NCBI GenBank assembly: GCA_964187785.1
Contig: OZ076417.1
Location: 45,818,001-45,882,000 of the forward strand
DNA: 64,000 bases
DNA from: Amphiscolops sp. MND2022
Taxonomy: Eukaryota
Direction of reading: 5' to 3'
Shown: positions 1-10,518 of the stretch, piece by piece
Numbering within the stretch: the stretch's first letter is position 1
Layout of the letters: every line of letters begins with the position of its first letter
The notes under the pieces: model-generated
Databases searched by the model: none
The model's input: the letters and a program-made list of their open reading frames with translations, nothing else
Told to the model about the DNA's origin: nothing
Position numbers and translations under genes: made by a program

Positions 1-429
1 CGAAAAAAAGAAAATTCAATTCATATGTCACAGGCTACCGTATTAGACTGCTTCTTCCATATTAGACTATGCGGACGTTCGGTCCAAACAGCTACAACAA
101 AACTTCACCCTATTTACATGAAATATATTGTTATTTTATGCAATTTTGTGTCTGTTTTACATAGAAGTTACTGTTATTTTCTATTTTGTTATAATGGCCG
201 TTTGTAAGATGCAGTAAAGAAATGAGTGACGTACGCAATTAGACAGCAATTATATCGCAATAGTAAACGTGTACAAATGAATTACAACTCTAACCTAATA
301 TACTCGCTGTCTTAGCGCTATAAACCAATCAAAATGCTGTAATTATTTAACTGTGGCCGCGTGGACTGACAGTCCGTCGCGATTGAATTAGTACACCTTC
401 TACCACCAGTGCTATATTTGAATGTGGTT

Positions 430-1566
430 TGTTTCGTAGCAAAGAAACTAAAAGAGAGAGCAAAAAGGGACGGCGGACCAGCGAAAGATGAGCGCAAAAA
501 AGATAGAAAAAGACACGCGTTGAAACGATGTTCAAAAAAGAGCAGTCAAAGAGTTTCGCGAAACGAGTGTGTTGAAAAAAACAAGACCTAAAGAGAGCTG
601 CGGTTAGAAAAGTAAAGCAATGTCTTATCTTAGACAAAAAATCGCGTGAAAACAAGAGAAAGCTTCGCGATTCTTCGTTGAATCGAGACCGCCCTTTTGT
701 TGAAGTTTCACTCGCAAAGATTTCACACTAGCTAAGATAAGCTTAAGAACTTGGTCTTAGAACTTAGGCCTTAGCTACGCTCGATGTTGATGTGAGATCA
801 ACTCAGCCGTTCGAAGAGAACCAAACAATAGAACCACTCAGTACTTCCACTAAGTCATGGGTTCCCGCTGTGAGTGAACGGTGCTTTCTCAATGTTTCCA
901 ATGAAGGTTCTCTTATCTTAGAATCGCAAGCGAAGGGGGAGAGTGGGGAAGGAGTCTTAATCGAGCAAATCCCGATGCTTGATTTGCTTTCAGAAGGTTC
1001 ACTTTTGATCAAAGATCAGTGAAAGTTCTGTATTTTCTTGAATTGCGAGTCCGACTAGGGAAAGTAAGCAGTAGCAAGAGCTCCAGAGAAGCATAGCTTT
1101 CTGCTCTGAAAAACTAGGCCGTGTGGCAAGTTTAAATTGAAAATGATGTTGAGATCATTGCAATTTCCAGACATAAAGACGATAGTTTACATTTATGTAT
1201 AATGATATTAAGGAGCTCAAAACAAAAAGTATCTTTATAGGATGAGACAATGTTAGCTCAAGCAGTTTAGGATCGAAACAAAGCGTCGATTATTAAAGAG
1301 TAGAGGATTGTGTGAAATTTGAGGCAGTTTCAAAGTTTGAGGGAGTTTCATGAATGCATTATACTAATTAGTTCTTCAACTGCGAGTTTTGCATTGGCGA
1401 TTGCATCAGCCACTTGAATGACGGCCATGTTGATGCAGCAAAGTTCACTTCGGTCGGCCATGTTGATACTGCAAAGTTCACCGTGACCGAAACGGCCATG
1501 TTGATACTGCAAAGTTCACCGTGACCGAAACGGCCATGTTGATGCAACAAAGTTTACCGTGTGACA
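430..1566 (-). repeat. 3' LTR of the BEL/Pao element (1137 bp)
   Basis: Direct repeat of 6681-7824, with about 14 substitutions and 3 indels (1, 5 and 1 bp) counted by eye. Confidence 0.97.
1422..1566 (-). repeat. Four 33-38-bp tandem units at the U3 end of the LTR (also at 7680-7824)
   Basis: Unit CGGCCATGTTGATACTGCAAAGTTCACCGTGACCGAAA, with two exact central copies and two variants, present in both LTRs. Confidence 0.9.
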
Positions 1567-1578
1567 TCCCGGCCGCCT
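1567..1578 (-). promoter_or_regulatory. Polypurine tract (plus-strand primer) of the BEL element
   Basis: Minus strand reads ...AGGCGGCCGGGA immediately before TGTCAC of the 3' LTR. Confidence 0.65.
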
Positions 1579-1595
1579 TGAACGAGCCTGCTTGT

Positions 1596-4500
1596 TCAAT
1601 TTTCGTCCCGTGTAGGAAGGCGTCGCAATTTCACCACAGGTCGAAGAAAAGTTTTGCCATTCCGAAGTATTGACACCACTCTGACCACATTATCGTTGGC
1701 TGCGTGTAACTTGACAATTTTTGCTATGGGCCAGTTGGCTGGGTTACAGTGTTCTGTGACCAGGACCACGTCGTTGACCTTGAAGATCTCTGAACTGTTG
1801 TTGAACCATTTTGTTCGAGGTTGGAGATTTGCAATGTATTCTGTTTGCCAACGTCGCCAGAAGGTGTGTACGAGCTTCTGAACAAGTTCCCAGCGTTTTG
1901 TGTGGCCCAGCATGTTGTTTGTGCAGTCGTCTGGAAAAGCCAGAAGTGGTGCTCCAGTCAAGAAATGGCCTGGCGTCAACGTGTTTGAGTCTTTGGGATC
2001 TGTTGAGAGCTGACAGAGGGGACGCGAGTTAAGACAAGCTTCTATTTGGCAAAAAACAGTGTTTAATTCCTCTAGACTGAGTGGCGTGCTACCAACGATC
2101 TTACGCAAGTGTGATTTAGCTGATTTGACGCCAGCTTCCCACAAGCCACCGAAATGCGGCGAAGACGGTGGAATGAAATTCCACTTACACTTGTTTTCGG
2201 CGACGAAGTTTTTCACATTTTCTATTTTCACAAGTTCTAGAAGCTTACGAAGTTCGTTAGAAGCACCTACGAAGTTCGTTCCGTTGTCGGAGAAAATGTC
2301 GGACGGTAGGCCGCGTCGAGCAATGAAGCGTCGAAGACAAGCAATAAAATCAGGCGTTGAGAGCGAAGTGACAATTTCGAGGTGAATTGCTTTTGTGGCG
2401 AAGCAAACGAATAAGCAAAGATAAACTTTCTCGGATTTGTTTGCGCGTTTTGATTTTCTAAATTCAAAAGGACCCGCAAAATCAACACCAACATGAGTGA
2501 ACGTTTTGCTGGGTTTACCACGTTCTAAGGGTAAATCGCCCATTATGGGTGGTTTTTTCGATCGCGCATATCGAATACAGACCACGCAATTGTGTAAGAC
2601 CTTTCGAACTAGGTCACCGACGTTCAAAATCCAAAAAAACTGACGAAGATGGGCAATTGTTAGGTCCATCGAACCGTGTAGTGTTTTATGATGAGCGTTT
2701 TTCACAAGTAAATATGAAAGATGAGAATCATTACTCAAAAGTATAGGATTCTTTGTGGTGTCGGGTAGCTCTGATTTGTTTAGTCGGCCGCCAACAGCGA
2801 CTAAACCTTCAATATTCAGAAAAGCTGAGAGTTTCAAAAGTCTAGATTTTGAAGAAAGTGACATGCCGTTCCGAAGGTTTGAAATTTCAGGAGCGAAGTC
2901 TTGATTTTGTGCAATTTTTGCTAAATTGAACAAAGCGCGTTTAAGTTCCGACGACGATAAGGGCTCAAAGTTTTTTGTCTTCGAGCGAAGATTATCTATG
3001 AATCTATAGACATAAGCAAAGGTTCGCTGTAGCCGCGAAAAATTAGAGAAGCGTTCGAAATCAATAATGCTCTCAAAAGCAGAGTTTTTCAAAGAATGAA
3101 AAATAGAGTTTTTGCGCTGCTCTAGATCCGTTTCAAAAATGGACGTGTTTTTGGGCCAGGAGTCGCGGCTCGTCAAAAATGTTGGTCCTTTCCACCATAA
3201 TGAATTTTTTGCTAAAGCGGATACGGTCTGACCTCTCGTGGCAACATCTGCGGGGTTTTCCTCGGATGGAATGTGGTTCCAGTTTTTACTGGGAATTTCA
3301 TCTTGAATTTTTGCGACGCGATTGGCGACAAAATTTGACCAACGTTTTGGAGTGCTTTTGATCCAACTTAGCGCTACAGTTGAGTCGGACCATGCAAATA
3401 CGGAGTCGATTTTCAAAATAGGGTTTAGTGTTGCGAGGATGACTCCACATAGTGTTGAGCCAAGCAGAGCCGCGCAGAGTTCAAGTCTCGGTACCGAAAT
3501 GGTTTTAATAGGAGCGACGCGTGTCTTAGAGCAAAGCATGTGGGAATGGAAGCCATCGGAATTTTTTGAAACAATATATGCTACACTAGCATATGCGGAT
3601 TCTGAAGCGTCGCAAAAAATGTTCAATTCTGCTGCTTCAAAATTTTCGCAAAGAATGCGACGAGGAATTTTTAGGATATTCAAATCACAGAGAGATTCGC
3701 GAAAAATCAGCCCCGTTTTTATCAAAGATTCGGGAAGCAAATCGTCCCAATCGAGTTTTAGGCGCCAAGATTCTTGAAAGAAACATTTTAATTTAATTAC
3801 GACTGGGGCGAGGAGCCCAAGGGGATCAAAAATGCGAGATGAGTCGGACAAAAGTAATCGTTTTGTTAGCGGTTGTTGCGGAATGCTAAATGCTTCGAAA
3901 AACAAAACGTCTTTGCTGGGGTTCCACTGAACGCCTAGCTCTTTTACTGCGTGAGATTTGTCAAAGCGGAGATTCTCAGTTTCGTGAAGAGGAGCTGGAA
4001 TGGAATCAAGAACTTCCATTGAGTTTGAGGACCACTTCCGAATTTCAAAACATGAGTTTTTAAGACATTCGAAAATCCTTTCGAACATTTCAATGCCTTC
4101 GGAAACACTGTCAGCGCCAGTGACTAAGTCGTCTACGTAAAAGTCGCGTTCTATGATTGGTGAGGCAATTTCATCAAAATTAACCCTCGCGGCTTCAAAA
4201 AGTGAGCGAATAGAGTGAAAAGACGAAGAGGCGATACCGTAAGTCACCCTCGTCATGCGGAAGTGTTCTAACACATCGTTTGCGTTCCATCGCCACACAA
4301 TGCGATGGAAGTCTTTAGCGGATTTTTCTAATGCAATTTGCCGATACATTTTAGTTATGTCGGCTGAGAGCGCGATTTTGTGTTTTCTGAAGCGAAGTAG
4401 AATTTTGAAAAGGTCGTCCTGAAATTTAGGACCTACCATTAGAGAATTGTTCAAAGAGATGTTTTGCTTTTGAGCGGAGCCGTCAAAAACAACTCTAGTT

Positions 4501-6653
4501 TTGGTTGTAGTGCTGCTTTGTTTGAAGACAGCGTGATGAGGAAGGTAAGCGACATGACCGGGAATTTTTACAAGTTCATCCTTTGGAACTTTTTCTAGAT
4601 GACCTAGATGGACAAATTTTTTGATGAAGGCGCAATAGTCGTTTTTCAGTTGGTCATTTTTGAGAAAACGTTTTTCCAAAAGCGTGAAGCGGCGACACGC
4701 CGTTGAAAGCGTGAAGTCGAGATTAGGAGGTGCTTCGTTTTTGAACGGCAATTCTACTTGAAATCTGCCATTTGCAAGACGCTTAGTAGTTTCAACGAAG
4801 TGCTTTTCACAAGCAGTTTCTTCTGCGGAAAGTTTTTGATATTTTGGCACTTCTTCTAATTGACAAAATTTGCTCAAGTCGAAATCATCAACGACAACAT
4901 GAAAAGTTCGAACCCGATTCAAACGCTGACAGTCGGCGATGCAGCCTGAGACTATCCAACCAAAAATGGTTTCGCGAAGAAAAACACTATCTTGCTGAAT
5001 TTTTGCCTCAAGTACGATGTGATCGTATATGTCCGCGCCCAAAAGCAAGTCAATCTGACTTGGAATATTAAAATTTGGATCAGCTAATTTGACGTTTTTC
5101 AAACTAGACCAGTTTCTCGTCGTAAAATAGGCGGTTGGAAGGGCGTTCGTTATTTTAGTCAAGACAGCGCATTTGACCTTGAGATCACAATCTTGACCTA
5201 GCGTCAAGTCAACTGAACCATTTGATTGTGCTAAGTTTTCACCTCCGACGCCTTGAATTATAATGTTACGCTTTCGGCTTTTCAAATTCAACCGCTGAAG
5301 ACAGTCTTCAGTGATGAAGCTACTTTCAGCTCCAGAATCAAGAAGAGCGCGGCAAAAAACAAGTTCGTTTTGACCGTTCAAGACAGGCACGAGTGCTGTA
5401 GCGAGAATAGTTTGACTATTTGAGTAGCGTAACTGAAAACTTTGAGAAGTTTGATCAGCCGAGCTGATCACTGCGGTTGATTCATCATGAATCAACGAAT
5501 GATGCCGTTTTTTGCAATGTCGACATGTCGAAGCACTTGTGCAGTTTCGACTTTGATGAACGTGCGAAAGACAATTGAAACAAAGATTGTTTGTTTTGAC
5601 GAACTCCTTTCTTTTGGCGATTGGTGAAGCAATAAATTTTTGACAAGCGTAGATTTTGTGATTATCCCTACAGAACGGGCATTTGTCGTGGGCTGCTACA
5701 TGAGCAACGAGCGATTTTTGCATTTTGGGCGTCTGAACTTTCGAATAAGCAGCCTCAAGAGCCGTTGCTCTATTTCCGACAAACGTTTTTAAGTCGCTAT
5801 AGGATGGAAGATCCGTGCCTGAGTTCTGGGAAGCGTGTTGCTCCCAATCTTTTCTAGTTACTGCGTCAAGGCGTTCCGTGACTAAGTAAATTAGGATAGG
5901 AGCCCAAGAATCAGCGTCGACGCCAAGATTCTGAAGACATGAAACATTCTTGTCCGTTGTTTCGATCAACTTCCTCAATAATGTAGCGTTTTCACTTTTG
6001 ATTGCGTTAAAACCTACAATCGAGTGAATATATTCGCGAACGATGACCTTTTTGTTCTCGTAACGCTTTCGCAAAATGTTCAACGCGACACTATAGTTTG
6101 TATTTGTGATCGTCAACGAACTTATCAAACGATGAGGTTCTTCCTTCACAGATGTTTTTAGGTACTGTAGTTTTTGAGCATCAGACAATGTTCTATTTGA
6201 ATCGACTGAGGCCGTAAAAAGATCAATAAACGACATCCATTCAGTGTAGCGTCCGGAAAAACTAGGCAAATCGAGTTTCGGTAGTTTGACGGATTTCTCG
6301 GAAGCGCTAGAGGCCGCGAAAGAAGAACTAGGCTCCGAAGTGGCCACTTTTTTCTCGAGTTTAGCTGTGGCGTTGTATATTTTCTTTTTGCCGGCATCGC
6401 ACATGTCTTCAAACCTTCCATAGTGAGTCGATTCTTCCTCCATGTCCACATCATCTAGTGTCATCACTTCATCTTGAATGTTTGCGAATTCGCCGAATGC
6501 GAGCGCAAGACGTTCTTGTAAGGACGTTGCGTCAGCCTGATCAAAGTTTACGTCTTTTATCGACTTTGAGATCTTAGCGCAAACGCGTTCGATTTTTATT
6601 TCGGCTACCGAGCGTTTCTTGAGAAGCGTTCCAAGTTTTGAAGACTTAGTCAT
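1596..6653 (-). CDS. BEL/Pao gag-pol polyprotein, 1685 aa, uninterrupted
   Basis: DUF1759-type gag (KLPKLDLPSFSG..EW..F); three Cys/His knuckles (CPFC..H..C, CFNC..H..C, CRHC..HH); protease LLDSGAE; RT YVDD; Pao RNase H FCDAS..AY; integrase HHCC, DFAGP, SDNGTNF, GGLWE; DUF5641-type FWRRWQTEY. Order PR-RT-RH-IN, no env. Confidence 0.97.
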   Translation of the reverse strand: MTKSSKLGTLLKKRSVAEIKIERVCAKISKSIKDVNFDQADATSLQERLALAFGEFANIQDEVMTLDDVDMEEESTHYGRFEDMCDAGKKKIYNATAKLEKKVATSEPSSSFAASSASEKSVKLPKLDLPSFSGRYTEWMSFIDLFTASVDSNRTLSDAQKLQYLKTSVKEEPHRLISSLTITNTNYSVALNILRKRYENKKVIVREYIHSIVGFNAIKSENATLLRKLIETTDKNVSCLQNLGVDADSWAPILIYLVTERLDAVTRKDWEQHASQNSGTDLPSYSDLKTFVGNRATALEAAYSKVQTPKMQKSLVAHVAAHDKCPFCRDNHKIYACQKFIASPIAKRKEFVKTNNLCFNCLSHVHQSRNCTSASTCRHCKKRHHSLIHDESTAVISSADQTSQSFQLRYSNSQTILATALVPVLNGQNELVFCRALLDSGAESSFITEDCLQRLNLKSRKRNIIIQGVGGENLAQSNGSVDLTLGQDCDLKVKCAVLTKITNALPTAYFTTRNWSSLKNVKLADPNFNIPSQIDLLLGADIYDHIVLEAKIQQDSVFLRETIFGWIVSGCIADCQRLNRVRTFHVVVDDFDLSKFCQLEEVPKYQKLSAEETACEKHFVETTKRLANGRFQVELPFKNEAPPNLDFTLSTACRRFTLLEKRFLKNDQLKNDYCAFIKKFVHLGHLEKVPKDELVKIPGHVAYLPHHAVFKQSSTTTKTRVVFDGSAQKQNISLNNSLMVGPKFQDDLFKILLRFRKHKIALSADITKMYRQIALEKSAKDFHRIVWRWNANDVLEHFRMTRVTYGIASSSFHSIRSLFEAARVNFDEIASPIIERDFYVDDLVTGADSVSEGIEMFERIFECLKNSCFEIRKWSSNSMEVLDSIPAPLHETENLRFDKSHAVKELGVQWNPSKDVLFFEAFSIPQQPLTKRLLLSDSSRIFDPLGLLAPVVIKLKCFFQESWRLKLDWDDLLPESLIKTGLIFRESLCDLNILKIPRRILCENFEAAELNIFCDASESAYASVAYIVSKNSDGFHSHMLCSKTRVAPIKTISVPRLELCAALLGSTLCGVILATLNPILKIDSVFAWSDSTVALSWIKSTPKRWSNFVANRVAKIQDEIPSKNWNHIPSEENPADVATRGQTVSALAKNSLWWKGPTFLTSRDSWPKNTSIFETDLEQRKNSIFHSLKNSAFESIIDFERFSNFSRLQRTFAYVYRFIDNLRSKTKNFEPLSSSELKRALFNLAKIAQNQDFAPEISNLRNGMSLSSKSRLLKLSAFLNIEGLVAVGGRLNKSELPDTTKNPILLSNDSHLSYLLVKNAHHKTLHGSMDLTIAHLRQFFWILNVGDLVRKVLHNCVVCIRYARSKKPPIMGDLPLERGKPSKTFTHVGVDFAGPFEFRKSKRANKSEKVYLCLFVCFATKAIHLEIVTSLSTPDFIACLRRFIARRGLPSDIFSDNGTNFVGASNELRKLLELVKIENVKNFVAENKCKWNFIPPSSPHFGGLWEAGVKSAKSHLRKIVGSTPLSLEELNTVFCQIEACLNSRPLCQLSTDPKDSNTLTPGHFLTGAPLLAFPDDCTNNMLGHTKRWELVQKLVHTFWRRWQTEYIANLQPRTKWFNNSSEIFKVNDVVLVTEHCNPANWPIAKIVKLHAANDNVVRVVSILRNGKTFLRPVVKLRRLPTRDEN

Positions 6654-6660
6654 TTTCCAA

Positions 6661-6678
6661 ATCCGGGTCGGCGGACCA
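6661..6678 (-). promoter_or_regulatory. Primer-binding site, tRNA-Tyr-like
   Basis: TGGTCCGCCGACCCGGAT, 2 nt inside the 5' LTR boundary. It resembles the TGGTCCTTCGAGCCGGAT tRNA-Tyr PBS typical of BEL/Pao elements. Confidence 0.75.
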
Positions 6679-6680
6679 GA

Positions 6681-7824
6681 TGTTTCGTAGCAAAGAAACT
6701 AAAAGAGAGAGCGAAAAGGGACGGCGGACCAGCGAAAGATGAGCGCAAAAAAAGATAGAAAAAAACACGCGTTGAAACGATGTTCAAAAAAGAGCAGTCA
6801 AAGAGTTTCGCGAAACGAGTGTGTTGAAAAAAACAAGACCTAAAGAGAGCTGCGGTTAGAAAAGTAAAGCAATGTCTTATCTTAGACAAACAACCGCGTG
6901 AAAACAAGAGAAAGCTTCGCGATTCTTCGTTGAATCGTGTCGAGACCGCCCTTTTGTTGAAGTTTCACTCGCAAAGATTTCACACTAGCTAAGATAAGCT
7001 TAAGAACGTGGTCTTAGAACTTAGGCCTTAGCTACGCTCGATGTTGATGTGAGATCAACTCAGCCGTTCGAAGAGAACCAAACAATAGAACCACTCAGTA
7101 CTTCCACTAAGTCATGGGTTCCCGCTGTGAGTGAACGGTGTTTTCTCAATGTTTCCAATGAAGGTTCTCTTATCTTAGAATCGCAAGCGAAGGGGGAGAG
7201 TGGGGAAGGAGTCTTAATTGAGCAAATCCCGATGCTTGATTTGCTTTCAGAAGGTTCACTTTTGATCAAAGATCAGTGAAAGTTCTGTATTTTCTTGAAT
7301 TGCGAGTCCGACTGGGGAAGGGAAGCAGTAGCCAAGAGCTCCAGAGAAGCATAGCTTTCTGCTCTGAAAAACTAGGCCGTGTGGCAAGTTTAAATTGAAA
7401 ATGATGATGAGATCATTGCAATTTCCAGACATAAAGACGATAGTTTACATTTATGTATAATGATATTAAGGAACTCAAAACAAAAAGTATCTTTATAGGA
7501 TGAGACAATGTTAGCTCAAGCAGTTTAGGATCAAAACAAAGCGTCGATTATTAAAGAGTAGAGGATTGTGTGAAATTTGAGGCAGTTTCAAAGTTTGAGG
7601 GAGTTTCATGAATGCATTATACTAATTATTTCTTCAACTGCGAGTTTTGCATTGGCGATTGCATCAGCCACTTGAATGACGGCCATGTTGATGCAGCAAA
7701 GTTCACTTCGGTCGGCCATGTTGATACTGCAAAGTTCACCGTGACCGAAACGGCCATGTTGATACTGCAAAGTTCACCGTGACCGAAACGGCCATGTTGA
7801 TGCAACAAAGTTTACCGTGTGACA
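6681..7824 (-). repeat. 5' LTR of the BEL/Pao element (1144 bp)
   Basis: TG...CA termini, adjacent PBS, near-identical to 430-1566. Confidence 0.97.
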
Positions 7825-8112
7825 TGGTTTGTAGCCATGAGGACCAATGGTCCGCTATGATTAAAATTCAGCATACGAATGTAACCTTATATTTAGACAA
7901 CATGAAACGTATTAGTTTAGTTTCCATGTATAAAACGGAACTGCAAATCATAGTTGTTTCACCTTGATAGGCTAACCGCCTAAATCTTTCTTTGATGTAT
8001 TTATATTATGATGTCATTATGACGCAACCTCGAAAACGAGCTTATTTTAGTAATATTGTGTCTAAATTTAGTAACATGACACACAGAATTAAGGTTGTCA
8101 CTTTCCGCCAAC

Positions 8113-8120
8113 TATAAATA
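8113..8120 (+). promoter_or_regulatory. Putative TATA box of the solo LTR
   Basis: TATAAATA about 190 bp upstream of the ATG at 8312, inside the LTR. Confidence 0.4.
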
Positions 8121-8311
8121 GTGGGGACTGGTGGTCCTAAGGAACACAACTGATACTAAACTGTGACCTAATAGTTGCTACTGATCTGATTGAACATTCC
8201 ATTGAGATAAATATTCCATGTTTGAATACCTTATATTCTTGCCTCCAAAACTTTCATTTGTTGACTCAGGACAATTAAACAGTTCATTGTTAAAGTGAAG
8301 CCTGCTTTTCA

Positions 8312-8890
8312 ATGCCTTCGACTAGACAGCAGAAAGTGAAAGAGAGGCGTTCTAGGCAATTGGACATCATGTCCGATGTGGAAAATTTTGATATAATGTT
8401 AGGAAGTTGTTCACGAGATGATGATAGAAATAATCAAAGTGAAGATGACTTAATTTTGGACTCAGTGTCAAGTAGGCCACAACCAGGCTCCTATTTAATT
8501 GGAAAGGATCTCTTCTTAACACTAATAGCAGGGAAAACAGTGAAATGACAATTGAAACAACCAGAATGATTAGTAAAGAGATTTCTAACCAGATGTCCAG
8601 GATGCTTAATGAAAATAGGTCTAGCTTGAATTCTCAAATACAAGATGCAATTTCTACGGCAATAGCCGAGAAAGTGCTTCTTTCCATCCAGAATACACTA
8701 AATGTGCAGGGGAAAAGTAATTTCACCGTGGAGGACCGAAGGTCCAGTGGGCTACAAAGGAGTCCCGGAGCCGTAAATTCCCCGAAAACATGGAAAAATC
8801 GCCCTAAATCACTTTTCACTCAAGAAAATCAGAGACAGATATCTACGGAGAGTTCAGTAGACTTTCATACATGCGAACAAAACCGCGACA
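8312..8890 (+). pseudogene. Frameshifted LTR-borne ORF (~190 codons), possibly a gag N-terminus
   Basis: ORFs 8312-8548 and 8545-8898 join through one frameshift near 8510-8520; the second frame reads LNTNSRENSE-MTIETTR upstream of its ATG. The frame stays open to the LTR end and stops only in flanking DNA. Confidence 0.55.
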
Positions 8891-9312
8891 TCATATAACT
8901 ACGACATGATTAACTTGCTGAATACTTCAGTCAATTTCCAAGAGCCAGCTGAAAGATTTTTTTTTGGGTGTCTTAAAAAATGAAATGGGAAACATTTAAA
9001 ATGACTGTCAGCAACTAAGTCGTTTGATGATCTCCTATCAGTAGAACTTCAACCAAAATGATAAGTACTTCAGACATCCTAATATTGGTTACTTCATAAA
9101 AGATCCATTCCAAATGATTGACAGTAAAGTCTGAAGTTTTCCGTTGCTTGCTTTTTGTTGATAAATCCTTCAAAAGTTGAGAACTCCAGAGTTTTTATGC
9201 GTTCTTTTTTCCCTCAAGTCATCTGCATTATTCTGTCGTTGATAGGCGTCAACAAATTTGAGGTTACCAGTGTTTACGTCGGCTTTGATCTACTTGACAT
9301 CGTCACTTAGCA

Positions 9313-9687
9313 TTTTTAGTCGGCGCTTTTATCAGTAAAAGAGCCCGACTATTACAGTCACTCGTTTTTTATTCAAGACAGACTCGAAGCGACGAACGTT
9401 AACGTTCAGTATCTTCAACTAAAGGAAACTAAACAAATACCCCGTAAACGCATCTAAGTTATTCCAAAGGCACCTCCCTTTGGTTTTTTACTTTTTATTC
9501 ACTTTTTCAAGGAAACCGACAAAACCGGACGTGCCTAAAGGGTCCCCTCTTTGGATTTTTGTCGGCACAGTGCGACTTTTTTTAAAGAAAAAATTTTTTT
9601 CAAAAATTTCAAGTTTTTTTCCAAAAAATTGTTTTGCGCTTTTTGAGCCTTAGATATGGCGCCGACTTTAGACGTTCTCGTCTTGTT
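9313..9687 (+). mobile_element. Helentron-associated non-autonomous element (HINE/DINE-1-like), copy A
   Basis: T-run, then subTIR AGTCGGCGC with a nearby inverted GCCCGACT. The 3' end has subTIR GCGCCGACT, hairpin AGACG-TTCT-CGTCT and TGTT. No TSD. Confidence 0.8.
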
Positions 9688-10518
9688 GAAAGTTGGAATA
9701 AAGCTTTTCAAATCCCAAAGAGATCCCCTTCTATCTAGTTCATTTCTACTCTGTGAGATTGAGAATTATTCGGAAACAGTTCCTCGATGCTTCGAAGTAC
9801 TTCCCGCACTTTGACTGATGCCGTTCACGGCTCGTTGAATCTCATTTTGTAAACAAGTTGATGTTATAACATCGATATCAAAACAAACTTCTGAAAAACT
9901 TCTTTCCACAAACTTTTGACATGGCAGCAAATCATAGTATTAGAATTTATAAAAAATTTTGGTCTATAAAATAATTTACAATTTTCAGAGGGTGCATTTT
10001 TTGAATATCAATTGATGAATGATGAACTAGATTTTAGTAGTTATTCGAGACAGTTTTTGGAGAAAACGCCGCTATTAAAGAACTGATTGAATTAAACTTC
10101 AGCAATTGAATACGATTTTTCTGGAGTTGGTTTTGATTCCTTCTGAGTTTCATCAATCGAGATTCAATTATTGTCAAAATTTTCACAGAAATGTTAAAAT
10201 TTCATCTCACGTCTGGGCATTATAAAGTAATATCGAATTCAAAGCTGCAACTTCAAGACTTTGTAGTGTGGCCTCGAAATTCCAAAAACTTATTATGTTG
10301 GTCATGAAAATTACATTTTTGTATCAAGCTTCGTGTATTTCGAGACATTAATGTGTCGAAATACATGTCGTTTTATACAAAAATGTAATTTCCATGACTT
10401 ACAACCATGTAAAAACAAACTACAACAAAGTTTATAACAAGTGTACTAAAGTTTGTTGTAGTTTGTTTTCACAACGTTTTAGCAGTTTTTAATGTGTTTG
10501 TGGGGTTGTATTGGTAGT

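Larger units (their letters stand above)
430..7824 (-). mobile_element. Full-length BEL/Pao LTR retrotransposon
   Basis: Two ~1.14-kb direct LTRs with TG...CA ends, a 5-bp TSD TGGTT (425-429, 7825-7829), PBS, PPT and a single gag-pol ORF with Pao-type domains. Confidence 0.97.
26..8890 (+). mobile_element. Solo LTR (~1465 bp once the nested BEL element and one TGGTT copy are removed), split into 26-429 and 7825-8890
   Basis: Begins TGTCAC (26) and ends GCGACA (8890), a 5/6 terminal inverted repeat with TG...CA. Flanked by an identical 5-bp direct repeat TCATA (21-25 and 8891-8895). TATAAATA at 8113. No internal gag-pol belongs to it. Confidence 0.8.

Noticed and set aside
347-1550. Short ORFs in the LTRs (347-655, 792-1022, 803-1012, 1368-1550 and their twins at 6650-7808)
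   Set aside because: They have no recognisable domains, overlap on both strands, and differ at their ends between the two LTRs; they are chance ORFs in LTR sequence.
1422-1566. 38-bp LTR repeats as CRISPR or iterons
   Set aside because: They have no spacers and are duplicated as part of both LTRs.
1567-1595. An env-like third ORF in the BEL element
   Set aside because: Only ~30 bp lie between the pol stop and the 3' LTR.
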